A stretch of 64,000 bases of DNA from a bacterium (GCA_029100545.1 JAQXPH010000033.1:9672-73671); one strand, 5' to 3'; numbered from the stretch's first letter, positions 10,421 through 19,324 are shown. Notes: generated by a model not told the origin, from the sequence alone. Made by a program: numbers and translations.

Positions 10421-12055
10421 ATGTGTAAAATTAAAATTTTTGGTTTGGGTGGTTTAAACGAAAATGGTAAAAACTGCTATGTTGTTGAAGTAAACAATGA
10501 TATTTTTGTATTTGATTGTGGTCTTAAATATGCTACAGGAAATTTACTTGGAATTGATTATATTATTCCGGATTTTTCTTATTTAGAAAAAAATGTTAAA
10601 AGAATTAAAGGAGTATTTATTACTCATGGTCATCAAGAAAATATGGGAAGTGTTGCAGATTTAGTAGAACATATTCCAAATATTAAAATTTATGCTACTA
10701 AATTTACTAAGTATACTTTAATTGAAGATGGTGTTCCTGAAAAAAATATTATAGAAATTAAAGTTCATAAAAAAATTACTTTTGGAGAAAATTCAATATT
10801 TCCAATTGCAATTTCTCATAGCGTTCCTGATGCAGTTATGTATGTACTTTATACAAAAGATGGTAGTATTTGTTATACTGGTGATTTTACAATTGACCCA
10901 AGTATGATGGGTAGTTATGAAATGGATTTAGGAAAAATTGCTTATGTTGGAAAACAAGGTGTTTTATGCTTATTAAGTGAATCTATTTTTTCTGAAAATC
11001 CAGGACATACTTCTCCAAAACATAAATTGATTGATTTTTTTAAAGATGTAATTAAACATAATGAAAAAAGAATAATATTTAGTGTATTACCAGATCATTT
11101 ATATACAATTGAAGAAATATTTAATGCATGTGCAAATACACATCGTAAAATTGTTGTAATGGGTAAAAAATTACAAAATATTATTACTTATTCAATAGAA
11201 AATAATTATTTAAATGTAGAGGATGGTATTATTGGAGATTTATCTAATTTAAAAGATGAAAATGTAATTATTTTAATTAGTGATGATAGAGCAAATCCAT
11301 ATGCAAATATTAATAAAATATTTACAGGTTATGATAAATTTGTTAATTTACTTCCTACTGATACAATAGTTTTTGCACAACCTAAATATGATAGTAGTGA
11401 AAAATTATTTGTTAAAATGGAAAATGAACTTGCTAAATTTGGTTGTAATGTAATAGATATTCCAAAGAAATATTCAATTTTACAACATGCTTCAAAAGAA
11501 GATTTAATGCTTATGATAAAACTTGTAAATCCAATGTATTATATGCCAGTAAAAGGCGATTATAGATATATGGTAGGTAATGCTAATGTGGCAAGTTCAT
11601 TAGGTATACCTGCTGAAAATATTATTCTTAAACAAAATGGTGATGTAGTAAATATTACTGATAAAAAAATCGAAGATAAATTTGAACATATTAATGTTGA
11701 TGATATATTTATTGATGGTAAAAGTTCTGATGATATAGGTGATCTTGTAATAAAAGATAGAGAAGTTTTAGCAGAAAATGGTATTGTTTTAATAAGTGCA
11801 ACTGTATCTAAAAAAGATAAAGTTTTGTTAGTAGGTCCAGAAATAGTTACAAGAGGTTTTATTTATGTAAAAGATTCTAAAGAAATGATTGAAGAAATTA
11901 AAAAAATATGTGAAAAAGTTATTAATGATAATATAACTCCTAAATATGTTGATTATAATTTAATAAGACAACAAATTAGAGAAGATTTGGGAAGATATTT
12001 ATATGAAGAAACTGAATGTAAGCCTATGATAATTGCTGTAGTTCAAGAAGTATAA
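10421..12055 (+). CDS. rnj: ribonuclease J (RNase J2-like, variant metal motif)
   Basis: KIFGLGGLNENGKNCYVVE, metallo-beta-lactamase/beta-CASP layout and conserved C-terminal domain. Motif II reads HGHQEN instead of HxHxDH. Confidence 0.88.
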   Translation: MCKIKIFGLGGLNENGKNCYVVEVNNDIFVFDCGLKYATGNLLGIDYIIPDFSYLEKNVKRIKGVFITHGHQENMGSVADLVEHIPNIKIYATKFTKYTLIEDGVPEKNIIEIKVHKKITFGENSIFPIAISHSVPDAVMYVLYTKDGSICYTGDFTIDPSMMGSYEMDLGKIAYVGKQGVLCLLSESIFSENPGHTSPKHKLIDFFKDVIKHNEKRIIFSVLPDHLYTIEEIFNACANTHRKIVVMGKKLQNIITYSIENNYLNVEDGIIGDLSNLKDENVIILISDDRANPYANINKIFTGYDKFVNLLPTDTIVFAQPKYDSSEKLFVKMENELAKFGCNVIDIPKKYSILQHASKEDLMLMIKLVNPMYYMPVKGDYRYMVGNANVASSLGIPAENIILKQNGDVVNITDKKIEDKFEHINVDDIFIDGKSSDDIGDLVIKDREVLAENGIVLISATVSKKDKVLLVGPEIVTRGFIYVKDSKEMIEEIKKICEKVINDNITPKYVDYNLIRQQIREDLGRYLYEETECKPMIIAVVQEV

Positions 12056-12095
12056 ATAAATTAAAAACACTTATAATAAATATAGGTGTTTTTCT

Positions 12096-12476
12096 ATGAA
12101 TGAAAATATTAAAAAAATATATTTATGTATTGAAAATATTATTTATTATCTAAAAAATATGATATTTAAAGTAAATGATAATAATTTAAAAAATATCTTA
12201 AAAAAACAGTTAATTGAAGTTCAAAAAATTAAATATTTATGTTTAAAAAAAAATAAAATATTAAAAGAAAATAATATAATTACATGTATAAAAAAAGATA
12301 TTTATATTGATTTTATATTACATAATACAAATGATAAAAAAATTATAAATAAATTAATAAAATTATATAATGATAGTTTAATTCAATTTAATAATAAAAA
12401 CAAAAATAATATAATAATAAATAATTATATAGATTTTTTAAATAAATGTATAAATGATTTAGAAAAAATAAAATAG
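12096..12476 (+). CDS. hypothetical helical protein (extremely AT-rich ORF)
   Basis: 126-aa K/N/I-rich ORF filling the gap between rnj and the fibre cluster. No motif recognised. Confidence 0.3.
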   Translation: MNENIKKIYLCIENIIYYLKNMIFKVNDNNLKNILKKQLIEVQKIKYLCLKKNKILKENNIITCIKKDIYIDFILHNTNDKKIINKLIKLYNDSLIQFNNKNKNNIIINNYIDFLNKCINDLEKIK

Positions 12477-12480
12477 ATTA

Positions 12481-12509
12481 TTGTTAAGTATTTTTTTTTG
12501 TGGTATTAT
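12481..12509 (+). promoter_or_regulatory. predicted sigma-A-type promoter of P1 with a T9 tract in the spacer
   Basis: TTGTTA-17 nt-TATTAT with TG at the extended -10 position. The spacer contains T9 (12491-12499). Confidence 0.45.
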
Positions 12510-12527
12510 TTATAATAGGTGAAGGGT

Positions 12528-13616
12528 ATGAGAAAAGAAAATACTAGTCCATTGATTGTTACCATACTTGCTGTCATTTCTTTGGCATGTATTTCTGTAG
12601 GTGTATCATATTCTTATTTATCAAAAATATCTTCATCAAATGTAACAGCAAATATACAAACTGGTAATTTAAATGCTACTTTATCATATGTTCAAATTAC
12701 TGATGGTGCATTAGTTCCACTTTCAGATAGTGATGGAGTAAATCAAACTACTTATGCTAAAGTATCTATTTCCAAAAATAATCAATATACTGTTTTTTAT
12801 ACAATTAATATTTCATATTCTGTTGATTCTTTATCTTCTTATGGAATAACTACAGATGATTTATTACCATTAGAATATGTAAGGGTGGCACTTTTTGACT
12901 CAATAGATTCAAATATTCCTTTAGTGGGTCCTATTGCAATAACTGAACTTCCTTTACAAAGTGTTGATACAATAAATCATTATAAGGATATATATACTCT
13001 TGCATTTGGTAATTTTATCGCAGGCTCTGATACAAAAGATTATTATATAAAGGCTTGGCTTGATCCTATTACACCAGAAATTAATGAAGGAAGACCTATT
13101 TTGCTTGATGTAAATATTACCCAAAATCCTTTAGTGAGCACTTCAATTTATAATTTATCTGGGAATGTAACTGTTGATGGAACAGCGGTAACGGGAGCAG
13201 TAGTATCACTTCAAAATGGATTAGTTAATTCAACTACTTCAAGTGGAGCATTTAATTTAACAAATGTGCCAATTGGTACTTATAATTTATCAGTAAATTA
13301 CAATAATAATAAATATGAAACAACAGTAAATATTTCATCAGGAAGTAGTGAAAGTGTGTCTGCAAGAAGTAGTGCAACATGTGAAGCAGGTTCATATTTA
13401 CAAAATTGTGCATTTACATATTTTACAACTGTAGACAAAATTGTAAAGATGAATTCTATAACTTCTGGAAGTAATACACAATTAGCAAGTTCTTATAATT
13501 TACCAACTTCTTATTTAATAACTGGAAAAGAATCAATTTCAGTTTTAGATATAAGTGGTATTAAAATTGATGTTAGTACTGCTTCAAATAGTGTTTCTTT
13601 AGTAATTTTAAAATAA
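12528..13616 (+). CDS. secreted protein P1: TasA/CalY-type (SipW-type) signal peptide, N-terminal domain and CarboxypepD_reg-like beta-sandwich
   Basis: The leader ends ...ISVGVSYSYLSKISSSNVTANIQTGNLNATL, compared with GGGTFAYFSD...AGTLDL of CalY/TasA. The C-terminal LSGNVTVDGTAVTGAVVSLQNG...GAFNLTNVPIGTYNLSV matches the carboxypeptidase-regulatory-like fold pattern. Confidence 0.6.
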   Translation: MRKENTSPLIVTILAVISLACISVGVSYSYLSKISSSNVTANIQTGNLNATLSYVQITDGALVPLSDSDGVNQTTYAKVSISKNNQYTVFYTINISYSVDSLSSYGITTDDLLPLEYVRVALFDSIDSNIPLVGPIAITELPLQSVDTINHYKDIYTLAFGNFIAGSDTKDYYIKAWLDPITPEINEGRPILLDVNITQNPLVSTSIYNLSGNVTVDGTAVTGAVVSLQNGLVNSTTSSGAFNLTNVPIGTYNLSVNYNNNKYETTVNISSGSSESVSARSSATCEAGSYLQNCAFTYFTTVDKIVKMNSITSGSNTQLASSYNLPTSYLITGKESISVLDISGIKIDVSTASNSVSLVILK

Positions 13617-13640
13617 AAATAAAAAATTACTTAAAAGTAC

Positions 13641-13676
13641 TTGATTTATGATTATAATTTGTGATAAATTTATAAT
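13641..13676 (+). promoter_or_regulatory. predicted promoter of P2 (paralogous to 14493-14527)
   Basis: TTGATT-17 nt-ATAAAT with TGn upstream, and a TATAAT 7 nt further on. The whole block CTTGATT...ATAATAGAAAGGAGA is duplicated before P3. Confidence 0.5.
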
Positions 13677-13700
13677 AGAAAGGAGATAGGAAAGAAAGAT

Positions 13701-14390
13701 ATGGAAAAGAAAAATACTTTATTGTTAACTGTTATAGCAGTAGCTACATTATTAGTAGCAGTAGTAGGTGCGACATTCGCATACTTCGGTTCATTTACAA
13801 CTACTGTTGATAACAAAGCAGCAGTAAACGTTGCAACTGAGGCTGCTAAATCATCAACATTTTCTACATCATCTGCATCACTTAAATTAAATGTAGCTGG
13901 ATCAGAAATGCTTAAAGGTACTGGCTCTGCAACTCAAGTTGGTTCATATACTGGAGATAATGCTAATTTAATAGTATCATTAGAAGCAAATGACCAAACA
14001 ACTACAACTACTTGTACATATGATGTTTATTTTGTTTATGATGAAGGATCAGCAGTATATGGTAATGATCCAACTCCAGTAACAGCTGGAACTGATAATA
14101 AAGAATTTACTTACACATTAAAATCTGATGCTGCTGGTTTAGTAGTTGATCCTACATATATAGCTGAAACTGAAAAAGATTTCTCAGTATTTAAAACTGC
14201 TACAACTGCAGTTAAAGTAGCTTCAGGAACAATTGCTGCAAGTAATACTACTACAACTCAAACACTTACTGCAAAAGTTATGTTCTATAATTTCCCAACA
14301 ATCGATCAAACTGCACTATCTGATAAGACTTATGGCGGTAAATTCTATGTTGAACAATCTACTGTAGTTTGTGGTACAACAGCTGTATAG
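13701..14390 (+). CDS. secreted fibre-subunit candidate P2 (TasA/CalY-type signal peptide, novel body)
   Basis: MEKKNTLLLTVIAVATLLVAVVGATFAYFGSF. The mature part is T/S/A/V-rich with two Cys (C105, C224) and motifs CTYDV and FYNFPTIDQTAL..GKFYV. It has a strong SD, its own terminator and C-ending codons. Confidence 0.7.
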   Translation: MEKKNTLLLTVIAVATLLVAVVGATFAYFGSFTTTVDNKAAVNVATEAAKSSTFSTSSASLKLNVAGSEMLKGTGSATQVGSYTGDNANLIVSLEANDQTTTTTCTYDVYFVYDEGSAVYGNDPTPVTAGTDNKEFTYTLKSDAAGLVVDPTYIAETEKDFSVFKTATTAVKVASGTIAASNTTTTQTLTAKVMFYNFPTIDQTALSDKTYGGKFYVEQSTVVCGTTAV

Positions 14391-14422
14391 TAAAACAGTT
14401 AAACAATTTTAAATATAAAACT

Positions 14423-14446
14423 CGGCCTATTATAGGTCGTTTTTTT
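14423..14446 (+). terminator. rho-independent terminator after P2
   Basis: CGGCCTA / TAGGTCG stem (one G-U pair) followed by T7. Confidence 0.6.
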
Positions 14447-14492
14447 GATATTATTTTTTATGTATAAAAAGAGTAAAGTTTTATTTTTTTTC

Positions 14493-14527
14493 TTGATTAA
14501 TAATTATATTTGATGTTAAATTATAAT
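14493..14527 (+). promoter_or_regulatory. predicted promoter of P3
   Basis: TTGATT-17 nt-TTAAAT, then TATAAT. Paralogous to the P2 promoter. Confidence 0.5.
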
Positions 14528-14543
14528 AGAAGGAGAAATTAAT

Positions 14544-15245
14544 ATGGAAAAGAAAAATAGTTTATTTTTAACAATTGTGGCTGTTGCAGTTTTACTAGCT
14601 GCAGTAGTGGGAGCAACATTTGCATACTTTGGTTCATTTACAACTACAGTAACTAATCGAGCTGCGGTAAATGTTACAACAGCTGAGGCAAAATCATCTT
14701 CATTTATATCAACAGCAGCTGCACTTTCATTAAGTGTATCAAGTTCAGAAATGCTAAAAGGTACAGGTAGTGCAACTTCAGTTGGAACTTATGCAGGAGG
14801 AAATTCAAACGCTACTTTAACAGCAAGTTTAACTGCAACTGATTCAACAACAACCACAACATGTACATATGATGTAATGTTTGCTTATGATAGTACTTCT
14901 GCAATTTATGGTAGTGCAACAACTCCAGTAACATCTGGAACAAATAACCAAGAATTTGTTTATACAATAACTTCATCTGCTCCAACATCTTTAGTTATTC
15001 AAAATTCATATAAAAATGCAAATAGTGATTTTTCAACATTTAAGACAGCTACTAATGAAACAAATGCTATTAAAGTTGCAAGTGGTACAATTTCTGCAAA
15101 AAATACTACTACAACTCAAACACTATCAGTAAATGTTAAATTTTATAATTTCCCAACAATTGATCAAACTGCCCTTGCAAGTAAAACATTTTCTGGAAAA
15201 TTTTATGTAAATTCAACATCTGTAGTTTGTAATACAACTGCTTAA
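14544..15245 (+). CDS. secreted fibre-subunit candidate P3 (tandem paralogue of P2)
   Basis: The first ~35 aa are almost identical to P2 (VVGATFAYFGSFTTTV). Same CTYDV and FYNFPTIDQTAL..GKFYV motifs, with Cys107 and Cys229. Confidence 0.7.
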   Translation: MEKKNSLFLTIVAVAVLLAAVVGATFAYFGSFTTTVTNRAAVNVTTAEAKSSSFISTAAALSLSVSSSEMLKGTGSATSVGTYAGGNSNATLTASLTATDSTTTTTCTYDVMFAYDSTSAIYGSATTPVTSGTNNQEFVYTITSSAPTSLVIQNSYKNANSDFSTFKTATNETNAIKVASGTISAKNTTTTQTLSVNVKFYNFPTIDQTALASKTFSGKFYVNSTSVVCNTTA

Positions 15246-15253
15246 TAAGTAAA

Positions 15254-15283
15254 AAAATAACTTTTAATTAGTTATTTTTTTTA
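15254..15283 (+). terminator. rho-independent terminator after P3
   Basis: ATAACT / AGTTAT stem followed by T8. Confidence 0.5.
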
Positions 15284-15342
15284 TTACATGAAATATTGAA
15301 AAAAATGTTTAAATTTGATAACATTAATATAGGGTAAAAAAT

Positions 15343-15978
15343 ATGAATGATAGAAAAAAAAGAAATATTATTTATTTAATTGTATTTATATTCATATTTG
15401 TAATGATAATAACAGTTAGTACTTATTGTTATTTTATTACAAAAGATTTTTATTATGGTAATTTTAATGTTGAAGTAAATACTAAAGGTGTTGATACATT
15501 GCAAATGAAAAATTTAGTAGATGCTAATTTAAATGTAAATGATCGTAATTTTATTAAAGATGTAGGTCATTCTATAAGTGGAACAAGTTCAATTGATGTA
15601 GTACTTGATACCACTAAAAAAGAAACTAAATATTGTTATAATGTATATTTAAGTTTGCCAGATAATGAAATATTTTCTTATAGTAATTATCCTAAGCCTG
15701 AACTTAGTTTATCAGTTTATGAAACTAATAATAATGAAAAAAATATATTAATAGATAATATTGATATAACTAAAAGTACTGGTAAAATAGAGGTTCCTTC
15801 AAGTTTAAATAATGAAAATATTATTCATAATATATCTACAACTAAAAATAAAACAAATACTATAACTTATGAAGCAGTTATAACATTTAATTATTTTCCT
15901 AATATAGATCAAAGTATTAATGGTAATTTAAGTTATAAAGCAACTTTAGTAGTCGATAATGTATATGAATGTAAGTAG
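15343..15978 (+). CDS. divergent family member P4 (minor-subunit candidate)
   Basis: The leader ends ITVSTYCYFITK. It shares KYCYNVY, FNYFPNIDQS and a C-terminal Cys (VYEC) with P2/P3, but is N/K/I-rich with ordinary codon usage. Confidence 0.6.
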   Translation: MNDRKKRNIIYLIVFIFIFVMIITVSTYCYFITKDFYYGNFNVEVNTKGVDTLQMKNLVDANLNVNDRNFIKDVGHSISGTSSIDVVLDTTKKETKYCYNVYLSLPDNEIFSYSNYPKPELSLSVYETNNNEKNILIDNIDITKSTGKIEVPSSLNNENIIHNISTTKNKTNTITYEAVITFNYFPNIDQSINGNLSYKATLVVDNVYECK

Positions 15979-16001
15979 CATATAAAAATATGCTATTTTT
16001 T
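15976..16001 (+). terminator. rho-independent terminator after P4
   Basis: TAGCATAT-AAAA-ATATGCTA followed by T6. Confidence 0.6.
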
Positions 16002-16054
16002 AAATCGTAGACAATTTATTATAAATTTAGTAAAATATATTTGGTGGTATTAGT

Positions 16055-16771
16055 ATGAAAGCGTTATTACTTACAATTATAACAGGATTATTTTTCTTAT
16101 TAGGAATATTTTTAAATAAAATATGTAAATCTAATAAAAATATTAATATATTATCAATTTCTTTATCATTTATAATTTTAATAAATTTAATTATATTTGA
16201 TATAATTCCTGAAATAAAAGAAAGTATAACTTTTTATACATTTTTATTTATTATTCTTGGTTTAGTATTATTAAAACTTATGGATTTTTTTGTACCTCAT
16301 CATCATCATGAACATAAAGAAAAAAACGATAATATAAAAGAACATAATAATCATCTTAATCATATTGGATTTATTACTATTATGGCACTATTACTTCATA
16401 ATGTAATTGAAAATATGGCATTATTTAATTTAACTATTTCAAATTTTAAAGCTGGTTTTCTTATGTGTTTAGGTATTGGATTACATAATATACCATTAGG
16501 ATTTCAAATAGGTAGTAATTTAAAAAATAAAGGAAAGTTTAATATATTTATTTTAACTATATCAGGTTTTATTGGAGGAATAATTAGTTTATTATTTAAA
16601 GATATTCCTGAAAGTATAACAATATATTTATTAAGTTTTACTTTAGGTATGCTTATTTATTTAACTATATTTGAATTATTAAAAGAAGTAATGCAAAATA
16701 TTAAAAATAAATACACATATTTTGGATTTATAATTGGTATTATCTTAATAATTATTTTAAGATTTATATAG
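16055..16771 (+). CDS. ZIP-family divalent metal (zinc) transporter
   Basis: Polytopic membrane protein with a His-rich loop (PHHHHEHKEK..HNNHLNH) and a GIGLHNIPLG motif. Confidence 0.8.
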   Translation: MKALLLTIITGLFFLLGIFLNKICKSNKNINILSISLSFIILINLIIFDIIPEIKESITFYTFLFIILGLVLLKLMDFFVPHHHHEHKEKNDNIKEHNNHLNHIGFITIMALLLHNVIENMALFNLTISNFKAGFLMCLGIGLHNIPLGFQIGSNLKNKGKFNIFILTISGFIGGIISLLFKDIPESITIYLLSFTLGMLIYLTIFELLKEVMQNIKNKYTYFGFIIGIILIIILRFI

Positions 16772-16780
16772 GAGTTTTAA

Positions 16781-17692
16781 ATGAAAAAAGTATTAGTAAT
16801 TGGTTCAGGTGGCACAATAGGACTTTGTTTACTTAAATTTTTACTTGCGGAAGGTAAATATGAAATAACTGCTGTTGATTTAAAAAATAATAAAAGTAGT
16901 AAAAAACTAAAAAAATATCGTAATAGAATTAATGTTATATATTCAGATTGTTTAGATCGAAGTCTAATTGATAATTTAATTAAAGACCATGATTATGTAT
17001 ATAATTTAGCTACATGTCTTCCTCCACTTGCGGAATATAAAAAAGGATTATGTGATATTATTGAAACAAATGTTACAGAAAATATTATTAAAGCAATTAA
17101 TTATTATAATCCTAATTGTCATCTTATATATGGTTCTTCAACAAGCGTATATGGTAGTGATAATATAAATAATGAAATAAATATTGATAAATTAGATTAT
17201 TTTAATAGTGCTAAAGTAAAAACTGAAAAACTTATTATGAAAAAATGTAAAAATTATACTATAGTACGTGTTCCTTTAGTATTAAGTGATTTAAGAACTG
17301 ATCCATTTTTATATAATATTAAAAAGGGTTCATATATTGAATGCATTACTAAAGAAGATGCAGCATATGCTTTTTGTAAGATTATAGATAAAGATAAAAT
17401 AGTTAATAGAAAAATTCTTGATATTGGCTTAATTAGAGTAAATATTAATGATTTAATAAATAACATACTTAAATATCATGGAATAAGTTTTAAATATATA
17501 TTATCGACTATATTTGAAGAAAAAAATTATTATAGTCCTGTACTATCTAATAGTGAAAAAAGTAATGAAATATTAAAATATAAAAATGATTCTATTGAGA
17601 GTTATTATATGCGTCTTAAAAGAAGAAGTAGGAAAAGAAAAATAAATATTTTAATTGGAAGAATAATATTAAAAATAAAAAGGGTGAAATAA
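16781..17692 (+). CDS. NAD-dependent epimerase/dehydratase-family protein
   Basis: N-terminal Rossmann motif KVLVIGSGGTIG, SDR-extended size. Confidence 0.6.
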   Translation: MKKVLVIGSGGTIGLCLLKFLLAEGKYEITAVDLKNNKSSKKLKKYRNRINVIYSDCLDRSLIDNLIKDHDYVYNLATCLPPLAEYKKGLCDIIETNVTENIIKAINYYNPNCHLIYGSSTSVYGSDNINNEINIDKLDYFNSAKVKTEKLIMKKCKNYTIVRVPLVLSDLRTDPFLYNIKKGSYIECITKEDAAYAFCKIIDKDKIVNRKILDIGLIRVNINDLINNILKYHGISFKYILSTIFEEKNYYSPVLSNSEKSNEILKYKNDSIESYYMRLKRRSRKRKINILIGRIILKIKRVK

Positions 17693-17693
17693 T

Positions 17694-18737
17694 ATGGTAG
17701 GACTTTCTTTAGCAGGTGGAGGTGTAAAAGGTAGTTATCAAATTGGTGCTTATATGGCATTTAAAAAGTGTCATATTAAATTTGATGGTATTACTGGTAC
17801 CTCTATTGGATCATTTAATGCTGCAATGTTAACTTCTGGTATGGAAAAGGAATTATTAGATTTTTGGGTAAATGCAGATATTGGTCAAATACTTGGTTTT
17901 GATAAAAAATATGTAGAATTAGTAAATAGTGAAAAATTTGATATAAATATATTTAAAACTACATTTGATAATTTTACTAAAATTATTAAAAATAAAGGCA
18001 TAGGTATTGAGGGATTAAAAGATACTTTAAATAAATTAAATCTTGAGGATAGTATTCGTAAAAGTAAAATTGATTTTGGGCTTATTACATATCGTTTAAA
18101 TGATTTAAAACCATTAGAACTATTTAAAGAAGATATGAGGAAAGGTAGTATTAATAATTATATAATATCAAGTTGTTATTTACCTATATTTAAAATGGAA
18201 AAACTCGAGGACAATAGTTTCTATTTTGATGGAGGAATTTACGATAATTGTGCAGTTAATATGCTTCTTAAAAAAGGGTATGATAAAGTATATTGTGTGG
18301 AACTTAAAGGAATAGGTATTAAAAGAAAATTTATTGATAAATCCAAAGTAATAGAAATTACTCCTTCAAGAAGATTAAGTGCAACAATTACAGTTAATAA
18401 AAAAGAAATTATTAATAATATTAAAATAGGATATTATGATACACTTAAAGTATTAAAAAATTATGATGGAAGAAGATTTATTTTTAAGAAATTACCAAAT
18501 TTTTATTATAATTTTGTTCTTAAAAAAGTAAGTGATAATGATATAAAAAAATATAAATTAATATTTAATGCGAGTAATAATAAAGAGCTTGTTATTAAAA
18601 TGATTGAATATGCAATGCAAAAAGATGATGTTACTTATTTTAATATTTATAATATAAATAAAATGATTAAAAAATATAAAAAAAGTAATAATAAATATGG
18701 TGCTTATAAAATAATAAAGCAATTTAAGTGTTTTTAA
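17694..18737 (+). CDS. patatin-like phospholipase
   Basis: GGGVKGSYQIG oxyanion motif, GTSIGS (GxSxG) and DGG near residue 180. Confidence 0.8.
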   Translation: MVGLSLAGGGVKGSYQIGAYMAFKKCHIKFDGITGTSIGSFNAAMLTSGMEKELLDFWVNADIGQILGFDKKYVELVNSEKFDINIFKTTFDNFTKIIKNKGIGIEGLKDTLNKLNLEDSIRKSKIDFGLITYRLNDLKPLELFKEDMRKGSINNYIISSCYLPIFKMEKLEDNSFYFDGGIYDNCAVNMLLKKGYDKVYCVELKGIGIKRKFIDKSKVIEITPSRRLSATITVNKKEIINNIKIGYYDTLKVLKNYDGRRFIFKKLPNFYYNFVLKKVSDNDIKKYKLIFNASNNKELVIKMIEYAMQKDDVTYFNIYNINKMIKKYKKSNNKYGAYKIIKQFKCF

Positions 18738-18803
18738 AAAAGAATTTATTGCTAAAATAAAAAATATGTGCTATATTTATTATAGTTGAAAGGAAGATGG
18801 AAA

Positions 18804-19280
18804 ATGAGATTAACATATGAAGAAGTTCAAAGAAAAAATGAAAGAATTGATGAACTTAAAAAAAGATTAGAAAGAATTAGAGAAGAACGTACAACTTTTT
18901 CTGGTGGAGCTGGAAATGATGAACCATATTATGCATTAATTTCTCAACTTGAAGGTGCTATTAATAATGAAATTTTACAAATTAATCAAGAATTATTAAC
19001 TGCTGAAATAGTTGAACCTGAATTAATTGATGAAAGTTTAGTAAATGAAGGAGATACAGTTTCTATTTCAGTAACATATCCTGATGGAACTGTTATTCCT
19101 AGTGAAGTAACTATTTCAAGTGATATACGTGAATTAAATCCAAATATGGTAAGTAAAAATTCACCAATTGGTCAAGCAATTTATGGAAAACCAGTTGGAA
19201 CATCTTGTGAATGTAAAACACCAATGGGATCTGCTAAAATTGAAATTATTAGTAAAGTAAATAATGAATTAAAAAGATAG
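18804..19280 (+). CDS. GreA/GreB-family C-terminal-domain protein with coiled-coil N-terminus
   Basis: N-terminal charged coiled coil. The C-terminal VSKNSPIGQAIYGKPVGTSCECKTPMGSAKIEII matches the Gre C-terminal domain pattern (SPIG.AL.GK.VGD). Confidence 0.55.
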   Translation: MRLTYEEVQRKNERIDELKKRLERIREERTTFSGGAGNDEPYYALISQLEGAINNEILQINQELLTAEIVEPELIDESLVNEGDTVSISVTYPDGTVIPSEVTISSDIRELNPNMVSKNSPIGQAIYGKPVGTSCECKTPMGSAKIEIISKVNNELKR

Positions 19281-19324
19281 TCAAATTGATTGTCTTTTTT
19301 TATTTAATAATTTATAATATTCGT

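Noticed and set aside
12096-12476. Assigning a function (four-helix-bundle or coat protein) to the 126-aa K/N/I-rich ORF
   Set aside because: There is no motif support. It may not even be coding, and it is kept as a low-confidence hypothetical.
13701-15245. P2/P3 as type IV, Flp or archaeal-type pilins served by the Tad or T4P systems
   Set aside because: There is no Gly directly after the basic n-region and no FTLxE or xxxxEY box. The conserved aromatic motif lies after the hydrophobic helix, as in SipW/TasA-type leaders.
17254-17466. Track ORF on the minus strand inside the epimerase gene
   Set aside because: Antisense to a gene with a clear Rossmann motif. No independent signals.
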